The translations under genes and the position numbers were made by a program. Under the pieces are notes generated by a model. It saw only the letters and a list, made by a program, of their open reading frames with translations, was not told where the DNA came from and made no database searches. A stretch of DNA of 56,838 nucleotides, filler included, from Sphacelaria rigidula (lineage: Eukaryota): NCBI GenBank assembly GCA_964200075.2. It is 7 parts of 7 records of this genome, joined end to end, with 100 filler letters (N's around TTAATTAATTAA, not from the genome) between each part and the next. Parts side by side here need not be neighbours in the genome. Positions count along the whole stretch, not along the records: positions 1 to 8,034 come from CAXNAA020012555.1; positions 8,135 to 16,168 come from CAXNAA020012556.1; 5 more parts are not named here. One strand, written 5' to 3'. Shown here in pieces: positions 1-12,913 of the stretch (the first letter of the stretch is position 1; every line of letters begins with the position of its first letter).

Positions 1-133
1 CTTTCGTGCAAGACAGATATGCCACTTCAGCCCCATATTTTGTATGAACCCCAAAATATAAAATCGGCTGTTAATTGGCCGCTTTTCACTCTCAATCGTA
101 CCCTCTGCTCTCAATTTCACGGAAACACTGTTT

Positions 134-927
134 ATTGTAGTCGAGAGTCTAACCAACGACTACGACCAAATAAAATACAACACCGAGCGAGACCCGGACT
201 TCAGCATCGGGGAGATCGAAAGTACCCTGCGCAACATGTATGCTGATAGACTGGCACGCAAGGAAACAGCGAGCAGATTCCATAGCCGTGACTCTTCAAT
301 GCTGGCAATATCCATACCGAACTCTTCGATTAAATCCTCGAAATTTCGTGGAAAATGCTTCTCATGTGAGCAACCAGGTGATCATACGCGTGACTGCCAT
401 ATAAACAAACACGACGACTCTGAGTGTAGAATCCAACTAAACAACAGGAACGTGAGCACCAACACCGGCAACCACAAAAATCAGCACCGTCGCAGCAACC
501 CCTGTCGTCGCAATGTCAAGAGCAAACAACAACAACCACAACAACGACAACGACAACGACAACAGCAACAACTTCGACGGACATCAACGCCAAGCTCATT
601 CTGCCATCGCCGATACAGCCTCCACGACAGTACCATCGAATGATCAAGGTCAACATATTTCGACACCTTCGGCTGAAACTGTCATCAATACATGTCAACC
701 ACCGAACGGCATGGGAATTCCCTTCCTTCTAGGTTCGCATGCCACTGACAACCACTGGACCGCAGATCAGATTTCCTTTTAGATGGCAGTTGACAGTGGC
801 TCCAGCGGGCATGTTTTGGATGATCAGCTATTGCCGAATATCGAACGTGAAATGGTTGACTACGTGGTTCTTGATCCATAAATGAGTATCCTTACTGCTG
901 GGCGCTATCTACCCTATGGTACCGTGG
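134..927 (+). mobile_element. Decayed Ty1/copia LTR retrotransposon fragment (gag with CCHC knuckle, then protease), cut by a gypsy insertion
   Basis: Frame from 134 reads IVVESLTNDYDQIKYNTERDPDFSIGEIESTLRNMYADR, then the zinc knuckle CFSCEQPGDHTRDC. From 783 it reads MAVDSGSSGHVLDD...ILTAG (copia protease DSG-x-x-x-H motif), with stops and frameshifts. Confidence 0.8.
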
Positions 928-1566
928 TGTTGTATGACCGCGTGCGAGAATTAAACTAGCACAGTAGGATATTACGATCGTTTCACAAACGATCGGCGGG
1001 TATGAGGAGATCCTAGTCGAAAGTGTGCTTCAGTGAAAAATAAATTGGACTATTTGCTTGGCTGATTCGGCGTTTTCATGAGTTTGTGTTCGGACATAGC
1101 CTGTGCCGGATTAGTCATATGGAGGACACGCGTGCCAACGCTTGATTGGTTGAAGGCACACGCCGGGACGATTTTGTAATATGACAGTGTTGAACGCGTG
1201 GCTAGAAGGTTTGCGAAGAAATTCGTCCTCATCGAGTCTCACTTGCCCACAGGCCGATCTACAGGCACCTTTTGGATCTAAGAAGAGCTTTCGATCGTCA
1301 CCTACCTCTCCTGTTTTACTCGGTCTCGAGTCCACAGCCAACCGACGTGAGTCTTTCAAGCTGCGTTGTAATGTAATCCTCCTCCCTTCACCTTATCCAC
1401 TGAATTTAACTATCGTCAGGCTCGGGCTGTGTTTTCCCCCAAACAGCTGGCATTACTCTGTTGAGATTGTAAACCTGCAGCTTGTTTAACGAGCCGAACA
1501 CAGCATCAGCTTGTCACATCCGTTCTTTGGGGTTCGGCTTGCTCTGCTATTGCATATACTACTACA
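928..1566 (+). repeat. Probable 5' LTR of the Ty3/gypsy element
   Basis: Starts TGTTGTA exactly where copia homology stops and ends TACTACA (6/7 inverted match). It is followed by a PBS-like TGGGGCTTCAG at ~1570. The 3' LTR is not in the contig. Confidence 0.65.
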
Positions 1567-4389
1567 GTTTGGGGCTTCAGAGGTAGCTTGTTTCATTTAA
1601 GCTGTAGGGCTTTCTCTCTCGCTCGGCCGCTGTTTGCGCACCAGCCAAACACAAGCCCACGTTTTTTTTTCCCAGTCTGAATATTTTGGTTTTTCGTTGT
1701 TGATTTTGACTCGGACATTTTGCACACGAGGTCGGCGTGTACACACCACATATCGGGTGTCTGGCTTTGTTTTTCAAAGACAGCTGTCTCTCTTTTTACT
1801 TGCAGTTTGACAGGCGTTACGATCCTGGTCTGACAGCAGGCCACAGATGGCTCACGACGTGCCTAGTGCCGTCTCAGACAGTGACGAACGCACCATCAGG
1901 CGCTTGAGGCGTGCGCGCATTCGCGACCTCTCCTTTTCTGCACAACCCACCCCCCCCCATCCACACGACATCGACAGAGTGCACATCAACATGCCGTGAG
2001 GAATGCGCTCTGTTTTGTACCGTTGTAGACGTGCGAAGAGAACAGCATGCCGTCACGCAAATTCAATCTGTACAATCGTTCCCTGTTTCATCCGCAAACG
2101 TGTCTCTGAAAATACAGCCGCTCAGTTTTGTTTTGTTTCAGCACGGCCGTTCTGGACACGCCACTACATTTTCCCCTTCGCTCCAACTCCCCCGTTCATT
2201 TCTCGTCGGTCCTGTACTCACTGACCCGACCGATGGGTGTGTAACTACCGATCTTTACTGGCAGACATGGTCTACACGGGCTGTTTCGAATTCACCCCGC
2301 TGTACAGACGGGGAATTTCTTTCTTCGAAGACTGAGCGTGGCACCCAACTGCTCGTTACGTACACCTTTGTTACACCCATGTCACACATGGTTCAGTACG
2401 ATGAATTTTTGTCTGTACACCCGCCTGATTTGACCACAACCAACGTGGGAGGTTCACAACCGCAGAGGAGCTCTTATATTTCCCCGATACCCACGAATGC
2501 ACAACATAGCCATCAGTTTCAGACAACATTTCCGCATACATGTACAACACCCAGATCCCTGACCAACCTCTTGATTTCCACCCTACCTATACCCAGGTAC
2601 GCATACCATGTCTGATGTCGGACGCACGCCGGGAACACCTGCCCAAGGTACACTCGTAGACGGTGCCCCCTCCTCGGACAACGGTATTACCAGGTCTGGT
2701 AGTGTCGATAGCAACGGTCAGGAACTAGGCGTGGACGATTTCTTTTACCACGGTCATGCTTTCGTCGATGCAGCTGTCGACGTAAATACGGGAACCAATC
2801 TCCCTTTGGCCCCCACACTTCGATCACTGAAAACAATGACACGCCACTCCAGTCAGCTGCTGCAGGCGGTGACGCGAATTCTTCAATAATAGACACCGCT
2901 TCCCCCCCGTAGGTCTTGACCCGGATATTGTCGTTATGCCCTCGACAGTAGACCAGGTAAACTCGAGCGCCACCGCAACGCGCCCTCCGAAAAAAGTGAG
3001 GGACAAAGCGAAAACACAGTGTCACCGCTCACGCCCAGATGCCATATCCCCTCATAGGTGGGAACAGTGGGCGGCTGCTGAAACAAGCCGATCACTGGGA
3101 TCACATGTTTATCCAGGCCAACCAGGCCAAAGCGGAGCGCCCTAGGCGCGAAGATGTTGAGCGTGACCAACTTCTAGCACGGACGCGACGTGATGTCGAC
3201 ACTCAACGACAGGCTCTTGCTCTGCAACAGAGCAAGCAGGGTAAGGTACTCCGCCAATCAGCAAAAGCTCTGCGCACTGCGCAGCTACAGTTAGAGCAAG
3301 CGCAACGTACTCATAAACTACATGCGAGTCATCCTACGATAGGGGGGGGGGTATTTGGTTGCCCGAAAAATGAGGCTCATAGGTGTGTCAGACATCCTTC
3401 CACACTTGCGTTGCGCTTAGTTTTGGTTCCAAACGGTGTGAGGTAGTATGGATGAGCGTTATTGATCCACGACAAGCTCGTTCGAACAACTGTTGCTGCT
3501 TTCAACGACGATCTGCCTCGAAATTTCGAGCAACAAAGGGCCCAAAATACCCCCCCCCCCCTATCGTAGGATGACTCATGCCGAACAATCCACTGCACGC
3601 CTATCAGTGTTACAGTCAGGGTTGGACGAACCACTTCGACGTCTTCGCTAACTGACTGTTGACCCCCCTGGGACCATGGATGGACCTCAAATTTCATCCA
3701 TGACTGCCGAGAGGTCCACACCAGTACGAGCGGAATCACCACGCTCTCTCCCTACAGGACTCCCCCCCCCACACACAACAGGTCTTTTCGGCGGCACCGA
3801 AACAAAACCGCTCAGTCACCACATTTCAGATCTCAGGTAGCCCTGTGCAACCCCCTCCCCCTTCCAACCCCCCCCCACTCAACAACCGAGTCCCACACGC
3901 TAACCCGCCGTACGCGATGGCGGCAATGGGCACGGCTCACGAAAAAGCAGCAACTGAGCCACTACGGCTACAAGAACCTGGTAAGTCTGCATGGGACTTG
4001 TCCGGTGTGCAAAACTTGGCGACTACCGCCCTGTCGTACTTCGTCGACGAACCCGCTAAGCTAGTACGTTATACATGTCAAGCACACCACCTCGCAGATC
4101 CAATCAAAGAGAAGGCCAAAGACCTCCTTCTGTGGTTCCCCAATAACCGCAGTACAGTTACACTCGCGGGGGTTGTTACATGTGTCCAGTCCCAACCCCA
4201 CCCCGACTACACGACGAAAAAGATCCAACACGAATATGTTGAGCCCCTCATCACCATGTTCCGCGACGTTGAAGAAATACGGAAAACGGTATACTCGTAC
4301 TCACAACAACCCACGCACCACGTCGATAACTCGTATGATGATTGGGATCGGGGTTTTAGGGGAACATTGTACGAGAGCAGCTCGACACA

Positions 4390-4968
4390 TTGTCAAAGCC
4401 ACCAATTCTGGTGTTTCCAGACTGGTCAGCTGCTGAAAATGGCCCCCGTCCGTTTCGACTGCACACGGATTGTTCGAAAATAGGGTTTGGCTGCACACTG
4501 GAACAGAAACAAGACGATGCTAGTGTTCGCCTCATTGTATATCTGAGCCGAACCACCTACCCAAACGAACAGAACTGGTCCGTTATGGAACAAGAAGCAG
4601 GTGCAGTTGTTTGGGGAGTGCGCCGGCTCCGGCAATATCCGTATGACCTCCCGTTTGTGATTTATACAGGTCATAAGCCTTTGGAAAACCTCGCCAAAAT
4701 GGCGGAACACAACGCCCGGGTTCAACGCTGGTTTGAAATCCTGTCTTCCTACAGCTTCACGTTGAAGTACCGCCCAGGTCCCCAGAACGCAAACGCCGAC
4801 TTCCTGTCACGCTTGCCCTTACCAGCCCAACCCATCGTCAACTCCGCCTTGGGTCGCATCACAGACCCCACCGAATACATTGTATATTTCATAAGCACAA
4901 ATGGTCATCGCGGACTCTACACTCCACTCTCACTGAACCACAACTCGGCATTTTTTAAATTAAGCTGA
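4390..4968 (+). pseudogene. Gypsy RT-connection/RNase H fragment
   Basis: PPILVFPDW...FRLHTDCSKIGFGCTL...YLSRTTYPNEQNWSVMEQEAGAVVW...IYTGHKPL...RW...YRPGPQNANADFLSR. Confidence 0.92.
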
Positions 4969-5559
4969 CGCCTTCGGCTCACGCTTCTGTATTGGGCAGT
5001 TTGGCCCCACGATCGTTGTGTTCAGTCAGGAGTGAAATTCGTGCAACTACCGGCGGGCATGATCAATTTCGTGCGTCTGGTCATCGGATGGTTTGCACTG
5101 TAGAGCCGGTTTCTACTGACTGCGTCCTCCCGGTTCAAGTCCGAGACCTCATCTCGAGCCGGACCCGAGGCCGCCGGGCCGCGGAAACGGCTGCCGCCCT
5201 GGCAGCAGCCGGCCCAGACCTCCCAATCCCCAACCCCATTCCAGTCCCCGATAGCCTCCTTGCGCCCCCGCTACCTCCACGGCGAAAAGCCCCCAGAAAA
5301 TCTACACCTTCCAAACCATCTCTGCCCACCATAGTCGAGACCTGGACTGTGCCTCCTCCACCCCGTGATGGTACCACTTCCGGTACCACACCATCCGACA
5401 CCCTCCACAACGTAGGAATAGAGGTGAACGTTCCGTTTGAGAATACACTGACCACCCCTTCTGACCTTGATCCAAATAACACCTCGCGTCCATCCCACAG
5501 CGATTCGATCCCCTGCGTTTTGGATATCTCCTCCGACAGTGTATTCAAGGAACTGACCC

Positions 5560-6719
5560 TCTTTTTTCACGCCGATTGGGCCCGCGAACAGCAAGCTGAA
5601 CCTGCTTGTAGAGCAGCTATACATTATCTATCCGAAGGATGCCCCTCCCCCTTTCCGGAAACTGAGTTCCTTTTGCCAGTAGGGCCCCACCGAGCCCCCA
5701 CGCAGGATGAAGTTACTGAATTATCGCGTAAGGGCATGCTTCATACGGATGATGATGGCGTTGTTCTTTTAGTTCACCGGCCCCCCACGAACCCTCCTGG
5801 AGGGAAATCTACAAGTAGTCACGCCCGTTTGTTGGGTGATGCCCCCGTACGTATTTATGTTCCGATGCTCCTGCGTCCATGGGTTCTCCATGAATGCCAC
5901 TCACAAGCATCCACACATCTGGGCGTCGCTAGGACTTCCCAAATGCTTCAGCGTTTGTTTTGGTGGATTTGTATGGATCAATGTGTGCGTTGGTGGTTTC
6001 GGCGGTGTCTTCTTTGCCAAGCACGCAAAACTTCGCGTTAAACAGTTAGATGGCCGGCAATCTCTATGCCCCTTCCCAATGGGCCTGGTGAAATAGTTTC
6101 ATGGGACTACTTTGACCCCCTGCCCCTCACTGATAGTGGTAACAGGTACATTTTGTTGTTTACGGATCGGTTCAGTCGACATGCTGTGATGAACGCTGTT
6201 TCGGAGGCCAACTATAGTGCAGAAGGGACTGCCAACGTCTTTGTGTACACATACATCCCTCAGTGGGGTGTCCCCAAACGTTTGTTATCCGATAACGGCC
6301 CACATTTTGCCGGCAAACTTTCTGCTGTGATCAGTAATCTCCTGGGTTTCCATCGTATTTTTACTAGTTCACACCATCCGTCCACAAACGGTGGGACCGA
6401 ACGAGTTAATCACACGATGGCGCAAATGCTTGCCACAGTGACCAATGAGCGACAAACGGACTGGGACCTGCGCTTACCCCTTGTCCAAATGAAGTACAAC
6501 AACTCCGTCAATGCCGCCACAGGCTTGGCTCCCAATGAAGTTTATATTGGTCGTATGCCCAGGTTGCCATTGACAGTGTTCGATAGGAAACCCCCTGGTG
6601 GTCATCAGAGTTTGGATCGGTACATTGTGGAGTATCATATGCCTGTTAGTAATCGTCTTCGTCTTGCATTTGAGGTAGCACGGGAGCAGAACTTGATCAA
6701 CGCAGCAAAGGTAGCTTAG
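5560..6719 (+). pseudogene. Gypsy integrase (HHCC zinc finger plus rve core), disrupted
   Basis: HECH...HLG...CLLC, then WDYFDPLP...FTDRFSR, LLSDNGPHF, HPSTNGGTERVN. There is an in-frame stop at 6039-6041. Confidence 0.92.
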
Positions 6720-7057
6720 GCAAACAGCGTGTTGGATGATGCAGTGAACAACCGTCCGGTGTGGGAAGTAGGTGAATGGGCATGGGTGTATAACGATGTG
6801 AGAACTGTAACCCAAGGGGCCAGCTCTGCTAAGTCGTCGTCGGATAAGGTGTTGAAGTCGAAGCTTTGCTTGAATTGGACTGGTCCTTGGAAGAGTTTGG
6901 CAGTTGGGCCCTGTGATACCGCACCTGACGATAAACCAGTAGGTGAGAAGCTTTTGGATTTGGATTTTCCCACGGATGAACCTGGCGTCAAACCCAAAAA
7001 CCGGGTCTCGATGCTTCGGTGCAAGCCGTGTCTGCCCCCTCACGACACTAGTGTGAT

Positions 7058-7318
7058 ATGCCCAAGCAATTGCCTATGGGGCTCAGTCAGTTTGTGCTAA
7101 CCAGGTGTGCGGCGAAATCCTCACCGTACCACATGACGGTTGAAGACGCTGACGGTCCTCTTGAACGTGTAGTGGTAGATCGCATCTCGGGCCATCAATT
7201 AGTTCGAGGTCGAGGCGGTAAAATTGCGGTTATGTATCAGACGCACTGGAAAGGCCTCATGCGTGTTACGTCGGAACGGGAGGAGGATTTGCGTCATTTT
7301 CGAAGAGGGATACTATAA
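7058..7318 (+). pseudogene. Chromodomain-like C-terminal segment of the gypsy pol
   Basis: VVDRISGHQLVRGRGGKIAVMYQTHWKG...TSE resembles the chromodomain pattern V-x-x-I-x-x-H...Y-x-x-x-W-x-G. Confidence 0.55.
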
Positions 7319-7440
7319 ATTGGGTCAGAGATGTCGTCCAACACCGCCTGTTGAACAAACGATGTAGATCTATGCGAAAAGGCGCAGCCGCCCGTGAACT
7401 GGCCCGAGAACACTCGGCACGATTTGTCATTTCGGGCTAT

Positions 7441-7855
7441 AACAACAAATTGTGCGAATTGAGGTTTAACTCCGAAATGAGGTTCAAGCCTATAACAGTG
7501 CTTTCCCCACACTTTCAGCGATCGTGCCCAATGACGTTTTTGTCGGCCTAATGCCCCTCGATCGCGTAGATACTTTTTCAGCGCAATTCGCCGACCCTGT
7601 GAGCTTGCAGCGCTGACCGAAACCGTCATTTCCTTCTTTTTTTTGAGGGGGTTAATATCAGGAAAAATGGCGGTTTCGGTCAGCGCTGTAAGCTCACAGA
7701 GTCGACGAAGTGCGCTGAAAAAGTATCTACGCGATCGAGGGGCATTTGCCTGACAAAAACGTCGTTGGGCACCATCGCTGAAAGTGTGGGGAAAGCATTG
7801 TTTAAGGCTCGAGCCTCCTCTCGGAGTTAAACCTCAATTCGCACAATTTGTTGTT
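7441..7855. mobile_element. Foldback MITE with AAC...GTT termini and CTAT 4-bp TSD
   Basis: ~190-bp arms (7441-~7635 and ~7661-7855) are imperfect reverse complements. CTAT flanks both ends, and removing the insert restores the gypsy frame (GGC TAT AGT CTC). Confidence 0.9.
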
Positions 7856-7971
7856 CTATAGTCTCATTTCTCGTTCGCAATACCTGCGCTCTTTTTTGAA
7901 AAAACGTTTGCCGAAAGGTTCATATTTTTGGTACAGGGCTATGGATTCGCGGTGGTGGCTGGGGGGGGGCG

Positions 7972-8034
7972 CACTCATTTGTTGCTTGCCTTAGTCATTT
8001 GACCATTGACCACGCATCCCTTTCGAGACGGAGC
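7972..8034 (-). mobile_element. 3' end of the LINE family also found at 26619
   Basis: actcatttgttgcttgccttagtcatttgacc...ctttcgagacggagc closely matches 26619-26679. Confidence 0.75.
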
Positions 8035-8134
8035 NNNNNNNNNNNNNNNNNNNNNNNNNNNNNNNNNNNNNNNNNNNNTTAATTAATTAANNNNNNNNNN
8101 NNNNNNNNNNNNNNNNNNNNNNNNNNNNNNNNNN
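8035..8134. other. Artificial 100-nt contig spacer (N44-TTAATTAATTAA-N44)
   Basis: Identical spacers occur at 16169, 24303, 32437, 40571 and 48705. Confidence 0.99.
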
Positions 8135-9242
8135 GGGGGGGGGGGGGGGGGCGTCAGTGCTTATATTCCGTAGGCACGATTTCAACGTTAAGAAGGCAGT
8201 CAAAATGCTACTACAATGGATATCCTTGATGCGACATCCATTTGGTGAACTGTTGGTTGTATTACACACGAGAGTTTGAAGGTAAAGGGTGTCTTCTATC
8301 TACACTGCGAGGAGGGATATGCCTGCTGGTACTTTTGAAGTAAAGCGTACCGAACATTGTGGGGAGCAGCGGATTCTTCACAAGTTTAATTTCAGAATGA
8401 TGACGCTCTTCTCAACCAAAGCAATATCATCTGAAAACACTGTGTTCAAGAACGCACGTAAATCATGATTGCGAACCTGGCGAAGCACGTACCGGTCATG
8501 CTTCAGCACCGAGTGTGGTTATCGCCCCATCGCGCACGTTACCATGAACTCACCATCGCGCAAGACGAAAGTATGTACTCACTCTATCAAAGGGAGATTC
8601 GCTGCTGCTCACATTTCCCCCCGTACCTGTTGGCACTAATATCCAAACAGCGTGCAGGATTGAGTGCTCTACACTTGCTCCACGCACGGAAGTAAATCAG
8701 GACTGGAAATCGCCCTGACGCGATAACTAACGCCTACACCATCCTATTTTCAATATCGCTGCCCATCCTCTCTCTTTATTTCTCATTATTCCCTTGTATT
8801 GTCATTCTTCATTTCACCTGGCCATGACCGTCTCTTCTGTTTCACTGGGTAGCGTCGCCACGCAAACGCGATAATTTTGTTCATATTTTACCAACAAGCT
8901 GAAGTTTTCTCGTGTGGGCTGTCACTCACGCATTGTAATTTGAAAATAGATTACCTTTCCACAATTGCATGGTAGTGTGCTAAGCTCACGTCAGGCCCCC
9001 CATCATATTTTGGCTTGCTGAAGTTTTTCGCTTACAGCGCTTGCGGCGATCTTCGCCGAATTCAAAGCATCACGTTCTGATCCCGTGATGAATGGTGGTA
9101 CCATCGGCACAATTGTGACAAGGGGTTTCTGCCCTCCAAAGATACCTGTAGGAATCATCCTCTTCTAGCATTATCCACATTTCAGATGTAAACCCTCATG
9201 AAGAGAAGGACACGTCTCATGAACAATCGATGGTCAACAAAG

Positions 9243-9499
9243 TAGCAATGCTACGGTAGGGGTGCACTTTTTCCGCGAAATTGTGTCTGGTTCAGGGGCT
9301 CCTAACGATTCTAGATGCACCAAAATATGGGTCAGGGCATCCCCATTTGCATATTCATTCGGGATATCCCCGGCACATTGGAGTAGTAATCCCGGCGTAC
9401 TTTCACATATTTTCATAGGTCGTATTTCGCATTAGATAAAGGGCTCCTAACAATTCTAACCTCAGAAAATATTTGTGCACCCCTACCGTAGCATCACTC
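9243..9499. mobile_element. MITE sharing TIRs with the 16834-21364 element
   Basis: Left end tagcaatgctacggtaggggtgcac; right end gtgcacccctaccgtagcatcactc. Flanks are aaag/gaag. Confidence 0.85.
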
Positions 9500-9551
9500 G
9501 AAGTAAAGATATTTTATCCTGGTACCTACTGTTGCGCCCCAGTTGTCTCAC

Positions 9552-9671
9552 CGCGCGCGTGTCAGTCGCCCCGGTATGTTGCAGCTTTCCCTTCTCCCAG
9601 TCGTGCACAGCGAGACAGTGGTTCTCATCTTGACCCACGCTAGCCAGTAGTGCACCATCTTCGCTGAAAGC
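9552..9671 (-). CDS. EML-family (echinoderm microtubule-associated protein-like) exon, WD40
   Basis: CAG|...|GTGAG, 120 nt, AFSEDGALLASVGQDENHCLAVHDWEKGKLQHTGATDTRA. Continues in frame from the 10680-10775 exon. Confidence 0.9.
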
Positions 9672-9977
9672 CTGTGGTTTCCGGACATTGCAATTTTGGT
9701 CATTTCGACTTGTTTCTCGTCAGCTGTCGCACCGTTCTGCCCAGATCTGATTCTGTTCATTCTGGTTCGATTTGTTCCGTTCGGTCGTGTCCTTTCTGAA
9801 CCGGTTGGGATGGGGCTGGTTTCCCTCCGCGTTCTCCCAATTCCAATCCAATTGAAGTGAACTCAATTCGCCTTCATTATCGTATCCGCTTGACATCGTC
9901 TTGTTGGGCAGTCATGTGTTCGTGGGTGAACCAGAGGTGCCCTCACCCCGACAGTTTTTTTCGCTCGCTCAATGCTC

Positions 9978-10012
<35 letters not shown>
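9978..10012 (+). repeat. (CAA)n microsatellite
   Basis: Run of CAA units in an EML intron. Confidence 0.95.
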
Positions 10013-10014
<2 letters not shown>

Positions 10015-10679
10015 AAGGTCGCAGCACTGCAGCGGACGGAGTGCACGGAAATAATGTATGACAAACCCATCACTTTGCACCACCATGTTCCTCAAAACGA
10101 TATTGTGCGCGAGACAAAACCATTGGCTGTACACCAAGACATGAAATGGAGCACCGGTACACGCTTAGCGCCGCGTCGGAATCCACATAGCCTTACAAAC
10201 CCGCCCTGGCTACAGTGCTGCTCTGTAGGCGCCAACTTGAGCACAATACCTTACCCTTCTCGTTGAATTGTGGCTGTGACGTGGAGACATAAGGGCTACG
10301 GATTATTGCGCTGCTTCGATGAGAGGAAGAACCACAAACACTGGACTACATGATACTTCACACACGGTGTACATGATGCCTCTGAAGTAGAGAGGAGATA
10401 TGCATATGGTCAACGGGTAGACAGCTAAGACATGCAACGAGCAGTACCCACCCGCCCTTTCCCCGTGTCTTTACAACACAAGGCGAGAACCGTCGCTTGT
10501 GAGGCCGGCGAATCGTTCCTGAACCACCTTTCCCTAGATCAAAGGGGGGCGATTGGCTATAGTATTGGCCGTTGTTGACTGATCTATCCGGAGTCAAGGT
10601 TGCGTTGCCAATGGTCTACGAGGTAAGTAAGGCATGCAAGAATAGCTACGCCCATATGCGCCCTCGGCCCGCCTCTCAC

Positions 10680-10775
10680 CAGCAACGTGACCGCTCGTTG
10701 ATGGAACCCCCTGAGAACCTTGATGGTCTGCATTGTAGCCGTGTCCCACACGATGATCTTTGGCTCCCTACCGAC
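10680..10775 (-). CDS. EML-family exon, WD40
   Basis: CAG|...|GTGAG, 96 nt, VGREPKIIVWDTATMQTIKVLRGFHQRAVTLL. Confidence 0.92.
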
Positions 10776-11543
10776 CTGATTGCACGCAGCACCCACGAGG
10801 GCATGCATCGGTTGTAGGTGTGTCCCGGACTGTTTGGCATTCTTGCTCACTTGATCGCTCTTCTCAAGTTTTGTTTTCTCAGAACACTTCCCATCATCCC
10901 CCCGTTCAATTGGTCGACACAGCACTGATCGACCAACCGTACATACAGCACTGTGAAATACATGCGCGAAGAGCGTTCCATAGACTAGTACTTGGAGTAG
11001 GTGGAGTCGACGTGAATCTTTCCGGGGAGCGGGGGTGCAGTATTGCCGCCGGTCGGTTGCCGTTGTGCTTTCATAACCGGGGACGACTTTTGCACATGTT
11101 TGATCGTCAGTCCAGGCAGAAGGGAATATCACACTGGTCGTGGCTTACGAACATGCGCTTACATGAGTCGCAACCGTAAGCCATGTGTTACAGTCACAAG
11201 ATCGCTCTCTAAATACACACAACGATACACCGGTACACTTATGTATTATTCGCCTTTGCTCGATATTTCGGGCTGCTTGGATGCGCCCGAAACGATATTA
11301 TACCTATTATGGATCTCTCGTCCAAGTTCAAATATTGACGAGCGATCGACATTGTGCTGGACAATTCGACAAACCAGGAGAAGTAGAAAATGGCAGTCGT
11401 TGGAGGGAAGGGGGGGGAGGGGGGGAAGGGCATCCATTCTTTTCTGTTGAACATGGTTCAAGGGAGTAATTGGAAACGTGGTAGAAAGAAGTGGAAACCA
11501 TGTGCGGGTAAAACGCGATCGTTGTAGATGGGCCTTAGTATAC

Positions 11544-11678
11544 CTCTCCAGTTGCTGCCAGTCTCCCGGAAGGGTGCATGGCGAAGCTGCAAATGTCGTC
11601 AGTATGATCCAGGTTGAACCGCTGGCGGTGGTCTACCGCCTCGTACGTCACGCATGCCTTGCATGCAGGATATATAAC
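11544..11678 (-). CDS. EML-family exon (HELP to first WD40)
   Basis: CAG|...|GTATAC, 135 nt, VIYPACKACVTYEAVDHRQRFNLDHTDDICSFAMHPSGRLAATGE. Confidence 0.92.
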
Positions 11679-12913
11679 CTGGCTTGCGAGGGATCGTCAA
11701 AAACGTTCAAGTAGCACAACAGGTATTAACGTAGTTGCGGTGGCCGTGCTTCTACTAAACCATAGCCACCCACGCTGAAATTCGACCACAAGCACCTCTG
11801 ACAGTTTGATCTCCGTCGAGCGCTAGTTAGGGCGTCACGACAACCGAGCCGGCAACGACTATCAAACGGTGACGCAGGAGCAAAATCCTTTGGCACGGCG
11901 ACCTCTCGAGCCGCATACAACATTTGGACGACATCAGAAAAGAGAGCAACAATCCTGGGAATGGATGCAAAACGGTTGCAGATCAATCCCAGTGCGACAT
12001 GAGTGAGAACCAGAGCATGTTTCGGCAAGCTGGGCTCTGCTGATGGGCAGGTATCAGCAAAACGTGCTTTGAGATCCACGTGCTATCTCGATGATCGAGA
12101 TTCCATAGAGCATGACCCCTCGTACGTGTCGTAGTATCGAGAACTAAGATTAATTGTTGAGTGACCAAAGATTCTCGATTTCCGTATGTAACAGGATCTA
12201 AGAACAGATCGATCGTTGAAACATGCGGTATATCTTAGATGGGTAGACTGACGATTGTACGATGGAACCAGAGCTGCCTGTAAAGTGCATTTTGTCAGGT
12301 ATGTCAGGCACAGCGATGAAACGATGTGAGCGTTCTGTGGATACGACAAGACAGACCAATCATGGATCAGCGGCACTAATTCGATCCGGAGGACTGCTTC
12401 GATGCAGACTAGAGTCACCAATGACAAACAGGTGACTTGAACTCTCTGTAATACCGAACAGATACAACTTGCAAGTTACCCGGCAATCATCCTTCTGCAC
12501 CCTCCGACCGTATCTAAATTTCGATTCAATCTCGTTACTGCGCTAGTCGTACTGAGCACTGAACAGAGTTCGCTCTGTCCATCCCCCGAGACAATGTGCA
12601 GCTGCAGTTTGCATACACCAGATCTTTGGTTTTCTGTCGTGAGTGCCTTCACCGACGTCAAAGATGAGTGCCGAGATACAGACAATCACGATGAGATAGG
12701 TACGAGGATAGACGAGCCACGTACTCCGTACCATCAGGTGGGCAGTATTTTCTAGTACGGTCGATTAATGGATAGGTTGATTGATTTTCGCACATTAGCT
12801 CTAGCTTGACAAAAAGTAGCGACTTCACCCGACAAAACCCCGCACTACGGGAGCGGTATTCTTCGTAAAACCGGGCAAACTCTTGCAGTTTACCCGACAC
12901 GTCTCTCTCTACT

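Larger units (their letters stand above)
928..7970 (+). mobile_element. Decayed Ty3/gypsy LTR retrotransposon (gag-like fragments, RNase H, integrase, chromodomain-like C-terminus), with protease and RT missing
   Basis: Domain order is RNase H then integrase, with many stops and frameshifts. The reading frame resumes after the MITE at 7856 (YSLISRSQY...YFWYRAMDSRWWLG). Confidence 0.9.

Noticed and set aside
8079-8090. TTAATTAATTAA motif repeated six times at regular spacing
   Set aside because: It is an assembly spacer inside N runs, not a biological repeat or CRISPR.
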